Assembly (NCBI GenBank): GCA_038212275.1
Contig: JBBQUR010000008.1
Location: forward strand, 32,001 to 96,000
Reading direction: 5' to 3'
Source: Planctomycetota bacterium
GTDB lineage: Bacteria > Planctomycetota > B15-G4
Length of the DNA: 64,000 nt
The position numbers and the translations under genes are program-made. Shown here one piece after another: positions 19,234-28,572 of the stretch; within the stretch, counting starts at the first letter, position 1; each line of letters opens with the position of its first letter. The notes under the pieces were generated by a model. It was given only the letters and a program-made list of their open reading frames with translations. It did not search any database and was not told where the DNA came from.

Positions 19234-19336
19234 GGCAGCACATCCTCCCGGGAGAGGCCTGCGCGGGCTCGGGCGACATCGACCCGGCGGCAGGCGGACC
19301 TGCGCGACATGATGCGTGCTGCCGCGCTCCCGATCC

Positions 19337-20932
19337 ATGGCGGGACGGCGACCCCCGGCAGTACCATCCGCCGCCGTGCCTGCCGCCCTGCTCGCCATCC
19401 TCCTCGCGTGCTGCACCGCCACCGCGTCCGCGGCGGCCGCCTCACTGCAGGCGCCGGTCGGCACACCGGCGGTCGGCACATCGGCGGACGTGCTCGTCTG
19501 GGGCGGCGATGCCGAGGGCGGCGCGCCCTACGTCGAAGCCGATGCGGACGACCCGACGAAGGTCGTGGGCTTCGACGTGGAGATCGCGGAGCTCATCGCG
19601 CGACAGTCGGGGCGCACTGCGCAGTTCCTGCAGGTGGCCTACGCGAGCCTCGACCAGTCCGCGCAGCGCGGCGATTTCGAACTCGCGCTCAGCGGCATCG
19701 AGGACATCCCTTCACGGCGCGCGGAGCTCGCGGCCAGCATTCCTTACTACGAGTTCCGTGAAGTCCTCACCGTGCGCGAGGCCGACCGCGACCGCTTCGG
19801 AACGCTGGCCGACCTGCGCGGCAGACGCGTGGCGACGCTCGGCGGCACGCTCGCCTACGACCTGCTGCTGCAGGCCGAGGACAGCTGCGGACTGACGGCC
19901 GTCTCCTACGACGACGACGTGCACCCCTACTCGGACCTCCTGCTCGGGCGCGTGGATGCCGTGCTGCTCGACAACGTCCTGGCCGAGCGTGCCATGCGCC
20001 GCGACGAAGGCCTGTTCACCCAGCCCGGATCCGTGGCCACCGGCCACTACATCATCATCTCGGCGAAGGCCAACGCGGAGCGCATGGCCCGGGTGGACGA
20101 CATCCTGCGCGCCGCGATGGCCGACGGCACTCTGGAGACGATCTTCCGCAAGTGGAAGTCGTGGAATGACGACCAGAGCCCGCTGTACGCGCGACTGCTC
20201 GCCGGCTCGGAGACGGGCGCGGGCACTGGCACCAGTCCGTCCGCGACGGGCGGTCCCGGCGGACTTGACGGCGCCGCCGCACGCACGAGCGCCGTCGCGT
20301 GGCGCTATCTGCCGTCGCTGCTGCGCGCGGCGGCGATCACGCTGCTGCTCTCGTGCGCGGCGATGGCGCTGGCGATCGCGCTCGGCGTGGCCATCGCCAT
20401 CGGCCGCGTCTACGGCGGCCCGGTGGTGCGCGTGCTGCTCGCGACCTACGTCGAGGTGATGCGCGGCACACCGGTGCTGCTGCAACTCTTCGTGATCTAC
20501 TACGGGGCCGCATCGGTCGTGAGACTGCCGGCCTCTCTCGCGGCGCTGCTGGGGCTCGGCCTCAACTACGCCGCCTACGAGAGCGAGATCTATCGCAGCG
20601 CGCTGTCGGCGGTGCCGCGCGGGCAGCTCGAAGCGGCCGCCAGCCTCGGCTTCACCCGCGCACAGACGCTGCGGCTGATCCGCGCGCCGCAGGCCTTCCG
20701 CTTCGCGCTCGCGCCGATGACCAACGACTTCGTCGCGATGCTCAAGGACTCCTCGCTGGTCTCCGTGCTCACCGTCGTGGAGCTCACCAAGCAGACGCAG
20801 ATCTACGCCACCAACGTGGGCAGCTGGGTGCTGCCGGGCCTGCTCTGCGCGGCGCTCTACCTCGCGATGTCGCTGCCCCTCGGGCAGCTTGCGCGCCGGC
20901 TGGAAGCGCGCTGGAAGGCTCCCGGCGCATGA
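19337..20932 (+). CDS. Polar amino-acid ABC transporter: substrate-binding domain fused to permease
   Basis: SBP_bac_3-like GGDAEGGAPY...GFDVEIA, plus permease motifs RGTPVLLQL, AAYESEIYR, GQLEAA and LKDSSL. Start is approximate. Confidence 0.92.
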   Translation: MAGRRPPAVPSAAVPAALLAILLACCTATASAAAASLQAPVGTPAVGTSADVLVWGGDAEGGAPYVEADADDPTKVVGFDVEIAELIARQSGRTAQFLQVAYASLDQSAQRGDFELALSGIEDIPSRRAELAASIPYYEFREVLTVREADRDRFGTLADLRGRRVATLGGTLAYDLLLQAEDSCGLTAVSYDDDVHPYSDLLLGRVDAVLLDNVLAERAMRRDEGLFTQPGSVATGHYIIISAKANAERMARVDDILRAAMADGTLETIFRKWKSWNDDQSPLYARLLAGSETGAGTGTSPSATGGPGGLDGAAARTSAVAWRYLPSLLRAAAITLLLSCAAMALAIALGVAIAIGRVYGGPVVRVLLATYVEVMRGTPVLLQLFVIYYGAASVVRLPASLAALLGLGLNYAAYESEIYRSALSAVPRGQLEAAASLGFTRAQTLRLIRAPQAFRFALAPMTNDFVAMLKDSSLVSVLTVVELTKQTQIYATNVGSWVLPGLLCAALYLAMSLPLGQLARRLEARWKAPGA

Positions 20933-21630
20933 GTCCCGTCCTGCACGTTGCCGGCCTGAGGCTCCGCCGCGGCGGGCGCGAGATTCTCCGCGGCGTGGAC
21001 CTGACCGCCGACACGGGCGAGGTCGTCGCGCTCATGGGGCTCTCGGGCTCCGGCAAGACGACGATCCTGCGCGTCATCGCGGGCCTGGAGCCGGCCGACG
21101 CGGGCGACGTCCGCTGCGGCAAGGCCGGCATGGTCTTCCAGTTCCACTGCCTGTTCGAGCATCTCCCGGCGTTGGACAACGTGATGCTCGCGCCGCTGCA
21201 CGTGCAGCGCACGCCGCGCGACGAGGCCGAGCGGCGCGCGCGGCAGCTGCTGGAACAACTCGGCGTCGGCCACCGCGCCGGGGCGCTGCCGCGCGAACTC
21301 TCGGGCGGAGAGGCGCAGCGGGTCTCCATCGCCCGCGCGCTCGCCGTGGACCCGGCGCTGCTGCTGCTCGACGAGCCCACCGCCTCCCTGGACCCCGCGC
21401 GCCGGAACGACCTCGGCGACGCGCTGGCCGCCCTCGCCGCGGCGGGCCGCACGCTGGTGCTGACCTCGCATGACGCCGACTTCGTGGCAGCGCACGCCAC
21501 GCGCGTGCTCATCCTGAGCGAAGGCCGGGTCGTCGAGCAGGGCGACCCGCGCGAAGTCCTCGTCCGGCCGCAGCACGCGGCCACGCGCGAGCTGCTTCAG
21601 TTGGAGCGAGACAGGGCCCGCTCGTGGTAG
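20929..21630 (+). CDS. Amino-acid ABC transporter ATP-binding subunit
   Basis: GLSGSGKT, LSGGEAQRV, LLLDEPT and H-loop TSHD. ATGA overlap with the upstream gene. Confidence 0.93.
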   Translation: MSPVLHVAGLRLRRGGREILRGVDLTADTGEVVALMGLSGSGKTTILRVIAGLEPADAGDVRCGKAGMVFQFHCLFEHLPALDNVMLAPLHVQRTPRDEAERRARQLLEQLGVGHRAGALPRELSGGEAQRVSIARALAVDPALLLLDEPTASLDPARRNDLGDALAALAAAGRTLVLTSHDADFVAAHATRVLILSEGRVVEQGDPREVLVRPQHAATRELLQLERDRARSW

Positions 21631-21716
21631 CGTGCGTGCGCCGTCGACGGCGCGCGTGATCCCCCGACCGCGCGCCTCCCCCACGCCGCTGCGATGTCCC
21701 GCATCGGCGCGATGGC

Positions 21717-24700
21717 ATGCGCCGGCGCTTTGACATGCACCGGCGCGACACTCCCGCATCGGCGCTGGCTCCAGCGTCGGCGCCGCAGCCAGCATCGAGG
21801 AGAGACAGCTTGTCGTTCGCCTTATCCGGCCCGGTCCATCGGGCCGGCGCCCGCTTTCGTCCTGCCGCATCGAATTCCCTGCTGCGAAAGCCTCCTGCGC
21901 AGACAGCGGCGCCGCGCGGCGCCGTGCTCGCCGCCATCACGACGCTTGCCGCGATGCTCGTGCCGGCGACGCGGGCCGCCGCGCAAGTGCCCGCGACCGT
22001 GGACGCGCTGGTCGGCCAACTGGCCACCAAGGCGCATCTGTCCGGCAAGAAGGACCAGCCGGAGAACTTCGACGTGTTCCGGCTGGGCTGGTCGCTGTGG
22101 GACACCAACGAACTGGCTGCCGGCTACCAGGGCGCGATCGCGGAGCTGGTCAAGTCGGCCACTGCGGCCGGTCCGAGCATGTCGCAGCATTACCTTGACG
22201 TTGACGCGATGGTGCCTTGCTCGCTGCCCTATCTGGATGCCGGCGGCGCGATCCACCCGCAGATGAAGGCCTTCTACGACGTGGTGATGAACTCGTCCTT
22301 CTCGCGCTTCGACATGCCCGGCGACCTCGCGCCGGCCCTCGGCACGCCGGGCATCAACCTGCTCGCCATCCAGGACACGGTCTTCTCGCCGGTGCGCGAC
22401 CCCGCAACCGGCGTGGTGACGACGTGGACGTATCCAGGCCTCGCCGGGCTCGTCGCGCAACTGCCGCCCGCCACCGCATGGCCCGGCATGCGCCTCATCC
22501 AGAACATCGGCTTCGCGAACAATCCCGGCTTCCCGGTCGGCGATTACGACTACGCCTTCGAGCACCCGCTGCTCACCAAGCCCGGCACGCCCGAGCCCGT
22601 GTCCGGCACCGATGCGCTGGCAGTCTACGTGCAGTCCGACATCGTGGACGACAAGCTCGACGGCAGCGGCAACGTGATCGATCCGGGCGTGATCACCAAG
22701 CTCTTCTACTACCTGCCGCTGAGCATGCTGCACCCGGATGTCGCCGCGCTGCTGGCGCAGTCGATCCGCGAGCGCGTCACGGCCACTCCCGACGGCTACG
22801 CCTCGTCGTTCAGCGTGGGCGGCGAGTTCTCGTTCGCAGTGCCGATCAAGGCGGCGTGGCCGGTCGGCTGCACGCCGGTGGACACGCCCTGCGACCAGCC
22901 GCCCGGCGCCTCGGCCGTCGACACCTATTACTGCCACCTGCCCGACAGCGACTACTCCGTGTATTCGCTCGATCACTTCCGGAGCTGGTTGCAGGATCGC
23001 TACGGCACGCTCGCGGCTCTGAGGACCGCATGGAATGCCGCGATTCCCGCGGTCTGCACGAGCATCGTGGCCTGCCCGAAGGTGAGTCCGCTGGCGGCCG
23101 TCGCCTACCAGCCGCTCGGCGCCGGGCCGGTGTCCTGGTCGACCATCCTCGCCGACTGGAACGAGTTCCAGGCCGCGCAGCTCAGCGCGGCGCGCGTCTT
23201 CCAGTACGTGGCGGCCAAGCAGGAACGGCCGCTGCAGTCGATGCGCCTGTATGAGAGCGATCCGCGCGGCGCCGACGAGGCGGCGCAGCTGTCCGACGGC
23301 GTGTCGCTCAGCACCTTCCTGCCCCCGACGACGCCGCTTGGCGAACTGCCGTCGCGCCTGAAGAAGGTCGCGCTGCACGGCGCCTCGTACGGCGAGCCGG
23401 CGGACTTTCCGCTGTTCGGCATGAAGCAGGACCTCGCCGCGGGCTTCTCGGGCGGATCGGCCGACTGGCCCACGGCGTTCCTGCCCGCCACCTTCCACGA
23501 GAACCACGCGCGCCGCATGCTCGGCGAGTTCCTCACGCTGGGCGTGAATGCCGTGGGACTCGCCTACTTCGAAGCCATCGGCAACTGGAACATCAAGGAC
23601 GGCGTGTTCACGCACGACTGCCCCGCACTGCCCGGCAAGCAGGACCTGAACATGGCGCAGTGCCTCGGCGCGGAGGTGGACGCGCTGCAGGACCCTCTCG
23701 CCTTCATGACGCCATGGCGCTCGCCGCTGCTGATCCACACCGGCTCGTGGGCCGGCAAGCTGACCAACGCCGACATCTACGACTCCTACACGGCGGCGCC
23801 GATCTCCTCGCTGATGACGGTGCTCGCCGACGAGCAGGTGCAGTTCGCACCCTTCACGCGGGACGACGGCTTCGACGACCTGTGGCTGCCCTCCACGCGC
23901 CAGGTGCTGCTCGTGCCTTTCCTGCCCGAGCTCGACAAGCCCCGGCTGCGCGACTACCAGGACTTCGCCGCCTCGCACCAGATGCACCTGCTGCTGCTCA
24001 TCGACGCAGCCAAGGAAGCCGCGCTGAGCATGCCGGTCTGCTACACCCTCAGCTCGCCGGGCGCCGACTATCACGTCGCGTTCACGCCCGTGCCCTTCCA
24101 GGCCGATTGCCTGACGCCACTCGTGCACGCCGCCATCGTCTACCACGGGACCGCCAAGGACGCCTCGTACGAGATGCTGCGCGCCTCGATCCAGCTGGCG
24201 GACGTGCTCGTCACGCGTCCGCTGCGGCCCGTGCGCGCCGAGTCGAGTCCCGGCGTGCTCGCGCACGGCGTGGACGTGACCGTCGCGACCGACGGCCTGA
24301 ACCTGCTCGCCTGCGCCACCAACACGCGGCCGAAGCCGCAGAGCTTCACGCTGGTCCCGGCCGTGCCCGGGTTCACCTACAGCATTCCCGACGGCGCGAC
24401 GCCCGCGGCTCCGCTGGCGCAGAGCGAGTCGATGCTGCGCTACCTGAAGGCCGACCTCCCGCCGAACGCGATCCCGTCGCTGGCGACGTCCCTCGATGCG
24501 GCCGTCGGCCAGGCCGGCGCCCGGCTGACCAACCTCGCCAGCGTGGCGCCGATTTTCGACACGGCTGCGGCGGAGCAGCTCCTGCTGCGGCTGCGCAACC
24601 TGTCGACGCAGACCGAACCGGAGAAAGTCCTCGCCGGCCTGGTGCGCCTGCAGCGCATGCCTTTCCTCCGCGTGGAGGGAAAGCCCGGCAACACCGTGCT

Positions 24701-24980
24701 GGTCTCCGTCGTGGCGCTCGATCGCACGCCGATCGGCGGCGCGCCGGTGCAGCTCGAGTTCGTCCTGCAGCGCCACGCGCGCCGCAACGGCGTCACGTCC
24801 CGGGGCAACGGCCCGAATGATCCCGGCGTGGGCAAGGTGCTGCTCTCCATCGCGCAGCCTGCGGACACGATCTGGGACTTCACGATTCCGGGCAAGTCGG
24901 TGCCTGCCGGCAACCTCGTCGAGGTGCAGGTGCAGCATCCGCAGAGCTTCAGTCAGTCGAAGCTGCTCTTCGTTCCCTGA
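21717..24980 (+). CDS. Large secreted protein with a GH42/beta-galactosidase-like TIM-barrel segment
   Basis: Host-like codon usage, signal-like hydrophobic stretch ending AAAQ, and DYS....HFRSWLQDRYGTLAALRTAWN and DWNEFQ typical of GH42-like proteins. The true start is probably downstream of 21717. Confidence 0.6.
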   Translation: MRRRFDMHRRDTPASALAPASAPQPASRRDSLSFALSGPVHRAGARFRPAASNSLLRKPPAQTAAPRGAVLAAITTLAAMLVPATRAAAQVPATVDALVGQLATKAHLSGKKDQPENFDVFRLGWSLWDTNELAAGYQGAIAELVKSATAAGPSMSQHYLDVDAMVPCSLPYLDAGGAIHPQMKAFYDVVMNSSFSRFDMPGDLAPALGTPGINLLAIQDTVFSPVRDPATGVVTTWTYPGLAGLVAQLPPATAWPGMRLIQNIGFANNPGFPVGDYDYAFEHPLLTKPGTPEPVSGTDALAVYVQSDIVDDKLDGSGNVIDPGVITKLFYYLPLSMLHPDVAALLAQSIRERVTATPDGYASSFSVGGEFSFAVPIKAAWPVGCTPVDTPCDQPPGASAVDTYYCHLPDSDYSVYSLDHFRSWLQDRYGTLAALRTAWNAAIPAVCTSIVACPKVSPLAAVAYQPLGAGPVSWSTILADWNEFQAAQLSAARVFQYVAAKQERPLQSMRLYESDPRGADEAAQLSDGVSLSTFLPPTTPLGELPSRLKKVALHGASYGEPADFPLFGMKQDLAAGFSGGSADWPTAFLPATFHENHARRMLGEFLTLGVNAVGLAYFEAIGNWNIKDGVFTHDCPALPGKQDLNMAQCLGAEVDALQDPLAFMTPWRSPLLIHTGSWAGKLTNADIYDSYTAAPISSLMTVLADEQVQFAPFTRDDGFDDLWLPSTRQVLLVPFLPELDKPRLRDYQDFAASHQMHLLLLIDAAKEAALSMPVCYTLSSPGADYHVAFTPVPFQADCLTPLVHAAIVYHGTAKDASYEMLRASIQLADVLVTRPLRPVRAESSPGVLAHGVDVTVATDGLNLLACATNTRPKPQSFTLVPAVPGFTYSIPDGATPAAPLAQSESMLRYLKADLPPNAIPSLATSLDAAVGQAGARLTNLASVAPIFDTAAAEQLLLRLRNLSTQTEPEKVLAGLVRLQRMPFLRVEGKPGNTVLVSVVALDRTPIGGAPVQLEFVLQRHARRNGVTSRGNGPNDPGVGKVLLSIAQPADTIWDFTIPGKSVPAGNLVEVQVQHPQSFSQSKLLFVP

Positions 24981-26401
24981 GCGCCCGGCTCGCGGGCGCG
25001 GAAGACGGGCCCGCTGGATCCGGGCCCGCGATCTGCGCGGCCGCGAACCTGCCAGGCATGCAGCAGCGTGGCGGCGGCCAGCAGCAGCGCCAGCGCGATG
25101 GCCTCCTCGCGTGAGGTGTGCGCGAGCAACCAGCAGAGGATGCCGATCGCGAGCAGCGGAATAAGCGGGCCGAAGGGCAGGCGGAAGGGCGGCGCCGCCA
25201 GGCGCACGTGCCGCGCGCGCAGGCGCAGCGTCGCGGCGCACACCGAAAGGTAGATCAGGATGCCCGTGCCCGCCGAGAAGACGGCGAGCTGTTCGAAGGC
25301 GCCCGTCACGGAGAAGAGAGCGGCAAGCGCGGTGTAGACCAAGATGGCCACGTGCGGCGTGCGGAAGCGGCCGTGAACGCGCGCCAGCGGCGCGGGCAGC
25401 AGGCCGTCGCGCGCGGCGGCGAAGAGCGTGCGCGGCGAAGCGAGCAGGTCGCCCGCGATGATGCCGGCCATGGACACCAGCGCGCCGACGAGCACGATCG
25501 TGCCGCCGGTCTCGCCAAAGACGGCGCGCGCGGCCGCCGCGAGAGGCGCTGCGGTCTCCTCGGCGAGCTGCGGCCCGAGCACGCCCTGCGACACGAACTG
25601 CAGCCCCGCGTAGAGCGCGACGACACCGAGCGCGCCGCCGAGCAGCCCGCGCGGCACGGTGCGGGTGGAGTCCCTGATTTCGCCGCTCGCGACGAGCGCC
25701 ACCTCGCCGCCCGCGAACGCGAAGAAGAGCACGAGCGAGGCGCTGCCGACGGCCCCCACCGGCGGCCAGGCCGTGAAGGCGAGCGGCCCGGCGCGCACGA
25801 CGAAGACTCCGACGCCGACGAGCGCGAGCAGTGGCAGCAGCTTGAGCACCGTCATGGCCTGCGCCAGGCGCGCGCCCTGCCGCACGCCGCGCACGTTGAC
25901 CACGGCGAGCGCTCCGAAGAAGGCCAGCAGCAGCGCGACGCGGGCGCCGGCTCCGCGCAGCGCGGGCACCGCCGCCGCAAGCCCGTCGTAGAGCGCGTTG
26001 GCAATGGCCGCGTCTCCCAGCACGCCGAAGCCGAACCACATGAGCGTGCCGACCAGGAAACCGGGCAGCGACCCGAACGCCGCCTCGACGTAGGCGTAGC
26101 CTCCGCCCGAGCGCTCCACGCGGCTCCCCGCCTCCGCGTAGCAGAGCAGCACGAGCAGGATGGCCGTCCCGCACACGGCGTAGGCGATCCACGCCATCGC
26201 GCCGAGCTGCGCGGCCACGAGCCCTGGCAGCGCAAAGATCCCGGCGCCGATGATGAGATTGGCCACGTTGCTCGCGAGCGCCATCGGCCCCATCGCGCGG
26301 ACGAGGCCCTCGTCGGTGGGCGCGGTGGGCGCGGTGGGCGCGGTGGGCGCGGCGGCGGACTCGGGCGGAGCAGGAGCGGGCAAGACAGCTCTCCGCGTCA
26401 C
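24953..26401 (-). CDS. APC family amino-acid permease
   Basis: IIGAGIFALPG, YAEAGS..GGGYAY, FFAFAGGE and FRTPHVAI; 12-TM pattern. Confidence 0.92.
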   Translation of the reverse strand: MTRRAVLPAPAPPESAAAPTAPTAPTAPTDEGLVRAMGPMALASNVANLIIGAGIFALPGLVAAQLGAMAWIAYAVCGTAILLVLLCYAEAGSRVERSGGGYAYVEAAFGSLPGFLVGTLMWFGFGVLGDAAIANALYDGLAAAVPALRGAGARVALLLAFFGALAVVNVRGVRQGARLAQAMTVLKLLPLLALVGVGVFVVRAGPLAFTAWPPVGAVGSASLVLFFAFAGGEVALVASGEIRDSTRTVPRGLLGGALGVVALYAGLQFVSQGVLGPQLAEETAAPLAAAARAVFGETGGTIVLVGALVSMAGIIAGDLLASPRTLFAAARDGLLPAPLARVHGRFRTPHVAILVYTALAALFSVTGAFEQLAVFSAGTGILIYLSVCAATLRLRARHVRLAAPPFRLPFGPLIPLLAIGILCWLLAHTSREEAIALALLLAAATLLHAWQVRGRADRGPGSSGPVFRAREPGAQGTKSSFD

Positions 26402-26546
26402 GGCAGGGGCGTTCCCGACTCGCGATGCCCGATCACGCCCGGTGCACGCACTCGAGCCGGAACGCTCGCACGATGCGCGCGACGAGGCACCCGTTCAAGG
26501 GCGGGGCTGGTGCGGCATGCGGGAAGTCCGCGGCAAGGGGACGGCG

Positions 26547-26591
26547 AAAAGGGGCGGCATGCGCGGAGTGTCCGTGACTCCGCGCATGCCG
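26547..26591 (-). terminator. Probable intrinsic terminator
   Basis: Perfect 15-bp stem (26555-26569/26577-26591) followed on the minus strand by CCCCTTTT, about 45 nt after the stop at 26638. Confidence 0.7.
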
Positions 26592-26637
26592 TCAGGTGTC
26601 GATCACGCGGTGGCTCCTGCCGCCGCCCGGTCCGCGC

Positions 26638-28245
26638 TCAGGAGGTCACGCCGCGGAGGGCGTTGCTGGCGGCGTAGCCCTTGATTGCGGTCGAGTCCTG
26701 GATCCAGAACTGGAAGTAGAGCGAGGCGCCTGCCGGAACGCCCGCGGGGAAGAGGAACGGAAGACTGACGTTGCCGGTCGGCCCCGTGATCAGCGGAAGG
26801 ATGAGCAGCGGATCCGGAACCAGCACGCCGCCCTTGAACGGCGCGTTGAGCTGCGTGATGCCGAACATCAGCGCGGCGTTGGCCGACGCGTGGGCGTCCG
26901 ACACCTCGAGTGACGCGTCGTTGCCGCCGAAGAGCGCGCCATGTCCCGTGAGCGCCGGCAGGCCCTTGATGCCGGCCGTCGCGTGACCCAGATTCGTCCA
27001 GGTCTGCACGCCGGCGCCGACCTCGATGACCACCTCGCAACTGGTGACCTGGTTGATCTGATCCGTGGCCGTGAAGACGAGGTGATACACGCCCACGTCG
27101 GCGGCGGTGGGCGTCCACTCGAACTCGACCGAGACTTCGGGCGCCGGACCTGCCGGAACCGCCGGCGTGAACACGCCGCCCGCAAGCGGGACGGCATCAC
27201 CCGTGACGTCCACGGTCACGGCCTCTCCGGGCAGGCCGCTGGTCGCCAGGGCGTGCATCTCGAAACGGAACGGGAGGCCGGTCGTCGCCGACAGGATCTG
27301 GCCGCAGGGCGAGGGCGGATCGAAGGCAGGGCCCGGGCTGGCGCACGCGAAGCTCTGTCCGCGGATGAACACGTTGGTGTCGTAGACACCGTCGCCGCGG
27401 TCCGCGACGACGAGCTTGATGTGATTCGGGCCGGGATGCACCGTGCCCGTGGCGGAGAAGACGCTCGTGATGCCGTCCATCTCGGTGGCCAGGGCATTGC
27501 ACGGGTATCCCAGGCCCATCGAGTCGCAGTCGTTCGTCGTGTAGAGCGGGCAGTTGGGTCCGCCACCCGGCACCCACGGGTTGCCGCAGTTCACGTTGTT
27601 GATCGCGACGGGCGTGGTCGTGTTCGGGATGAGCGCGATGTTCTGCCCGTTGAGGAAGAACGCGAACACGTCGTTGTACTGGGTGTCCACCCACTCGTCG
27701 AACTCCTCCGAGGAGAAGACGTACTGAAAGGAGACGACGCTCGTGTTCGGGCACTCGAAGTCGAACTCGAGCACGCAGGCATCCTGCGTCAGGCCGGCCA
27801 CGAGACCGTCGAGGTCCGGGTCGCCGGGCCAGGCGTTGTCCGTGCTGGTGGAGCCGATGAGATTCTGTGGTCCCACGACTGAGGCGATGTCGCCGGAGCT
27901 GAGCACGACGCCCTGCGCGAAGCCGACGATGCCGGTGCCGCCCGAGAAGGTGCCGGCAGCCACAGGGGCTCCGTTGAACTGGATGTTGGTGACCGGCACG
28001 CCGGCGCCGATGAGCGCCGCGACCAGGCTGGCCGCATTCTGGCCGCCCGTCGCCATGTCCTGAGTGACGAGGCCCGCCGCCACGGCCTGCTGAGTCTGCG
28101 GAACCCTGAAGGACCCGCCACGCGGCAGCACCAGGCGTTGCTGCGCTGCAGCCAGGGACGTGAGGGCGCATGCGGCCAGCACGACAGCCGAGACACGTGT
28201 CGTGAGTCGACGAGCAGAGGCGTGAACTCCTTGCGCGGAAGACAT
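26638..28245 (-). CDS. Secreted choice-of-anchor L domain protein with the shared C-terminal domain
   Basis: Signal peptide; GVVLSSG, DACVLEFDF, FQYVFSSEEF.E, YNDVFAFFLNGQNIALIP, INNVN and HIKLVVADRGDGVYDTNVFI; C-terminus PFKGGVLVP...YFQFWIQD...SNALRGVTS. Confidence 0.85.
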   Translation of the reverse strand: MSSAQGVHASARRLTTRVSAVVLAACALTSLAAAQQRLVLPRGGSFRVPQTQQAVAAGLVTQDMATGGQNAASLVAALIGAGVPVTNIQFNGAPVAAGTFSGGTGIVGFAQGVVLSSGDIASVVGPQNLIGSTSTDNAWPGDPDLDGLVAGLTQDACVLEFDFECPNTSVVSFQYVFSSEEFDEWVDTQYNDVFAFFLNGQNIALIPNTTTPVAINNVNCGNPWVPGGGPNCPLYTTNDCDSMGLGYPCNALATEMDGITSVFSATGTVHPGPNHIKLVVADRGDGVYDTNVFIRGQSFACASPGPAFDPPSPCGQILSATTGLPFRFEMHALATSGLPGEAVTVDVTGDAVPLAGGVFTPAVPAGPAPEVSVEFEWTPTAADVGVYHLVFTATDQINQVTSCEVVIEVGAGVQTWTNLGHATAGIKGLPALTGHGALFGGNDASLEVSDAHASANAALMFGITQLNAPFKGGVLVPDPLLILPLITGPTGNVSLPFLFPAGVPAGASLYFQFWIQDSTAIKGYAASNALRGVTS

Positions 28246-28572
28246 GATGAACTCCGTTGAGGGATGGCCGGCAGCCGGGATGGACTCTCCCGGTGAAGCG
28301 CCAGCTGGGTGTGCAACGTGCCGATTGCAAATCCCGCGCCGATGCGCGCGGCGCTCCCCCTCGGCGGCACGCACGGGCCGCGAGGGGCTCGGCCCGGTCG
28401 GGGCGTGACCCTTCGGTCATGCCGGCCGGCCTTGTCCGCAGTTGCGTGCGCACAGGTCCGCCCCGGATCCGTGCACGACGGAGGGAGCCGCCCGGCGGCC
28501 CGATGTCGTAGCCTGTGCCGCCCGCGCGGAACAACCGATCGCGGCCCGCCACCGGAGAGAGCACTCAGGCCG

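Noticed and set aside
21822..26192. Very long antisense/alternate-frame ORFs (also 28417-32412, 39816-42749, 58074-62168, 10055-12253)
   Set aside because: Arg/Ala/Gly-rich shadows of well-supported genes, expected at this GC content and lacking motifs.
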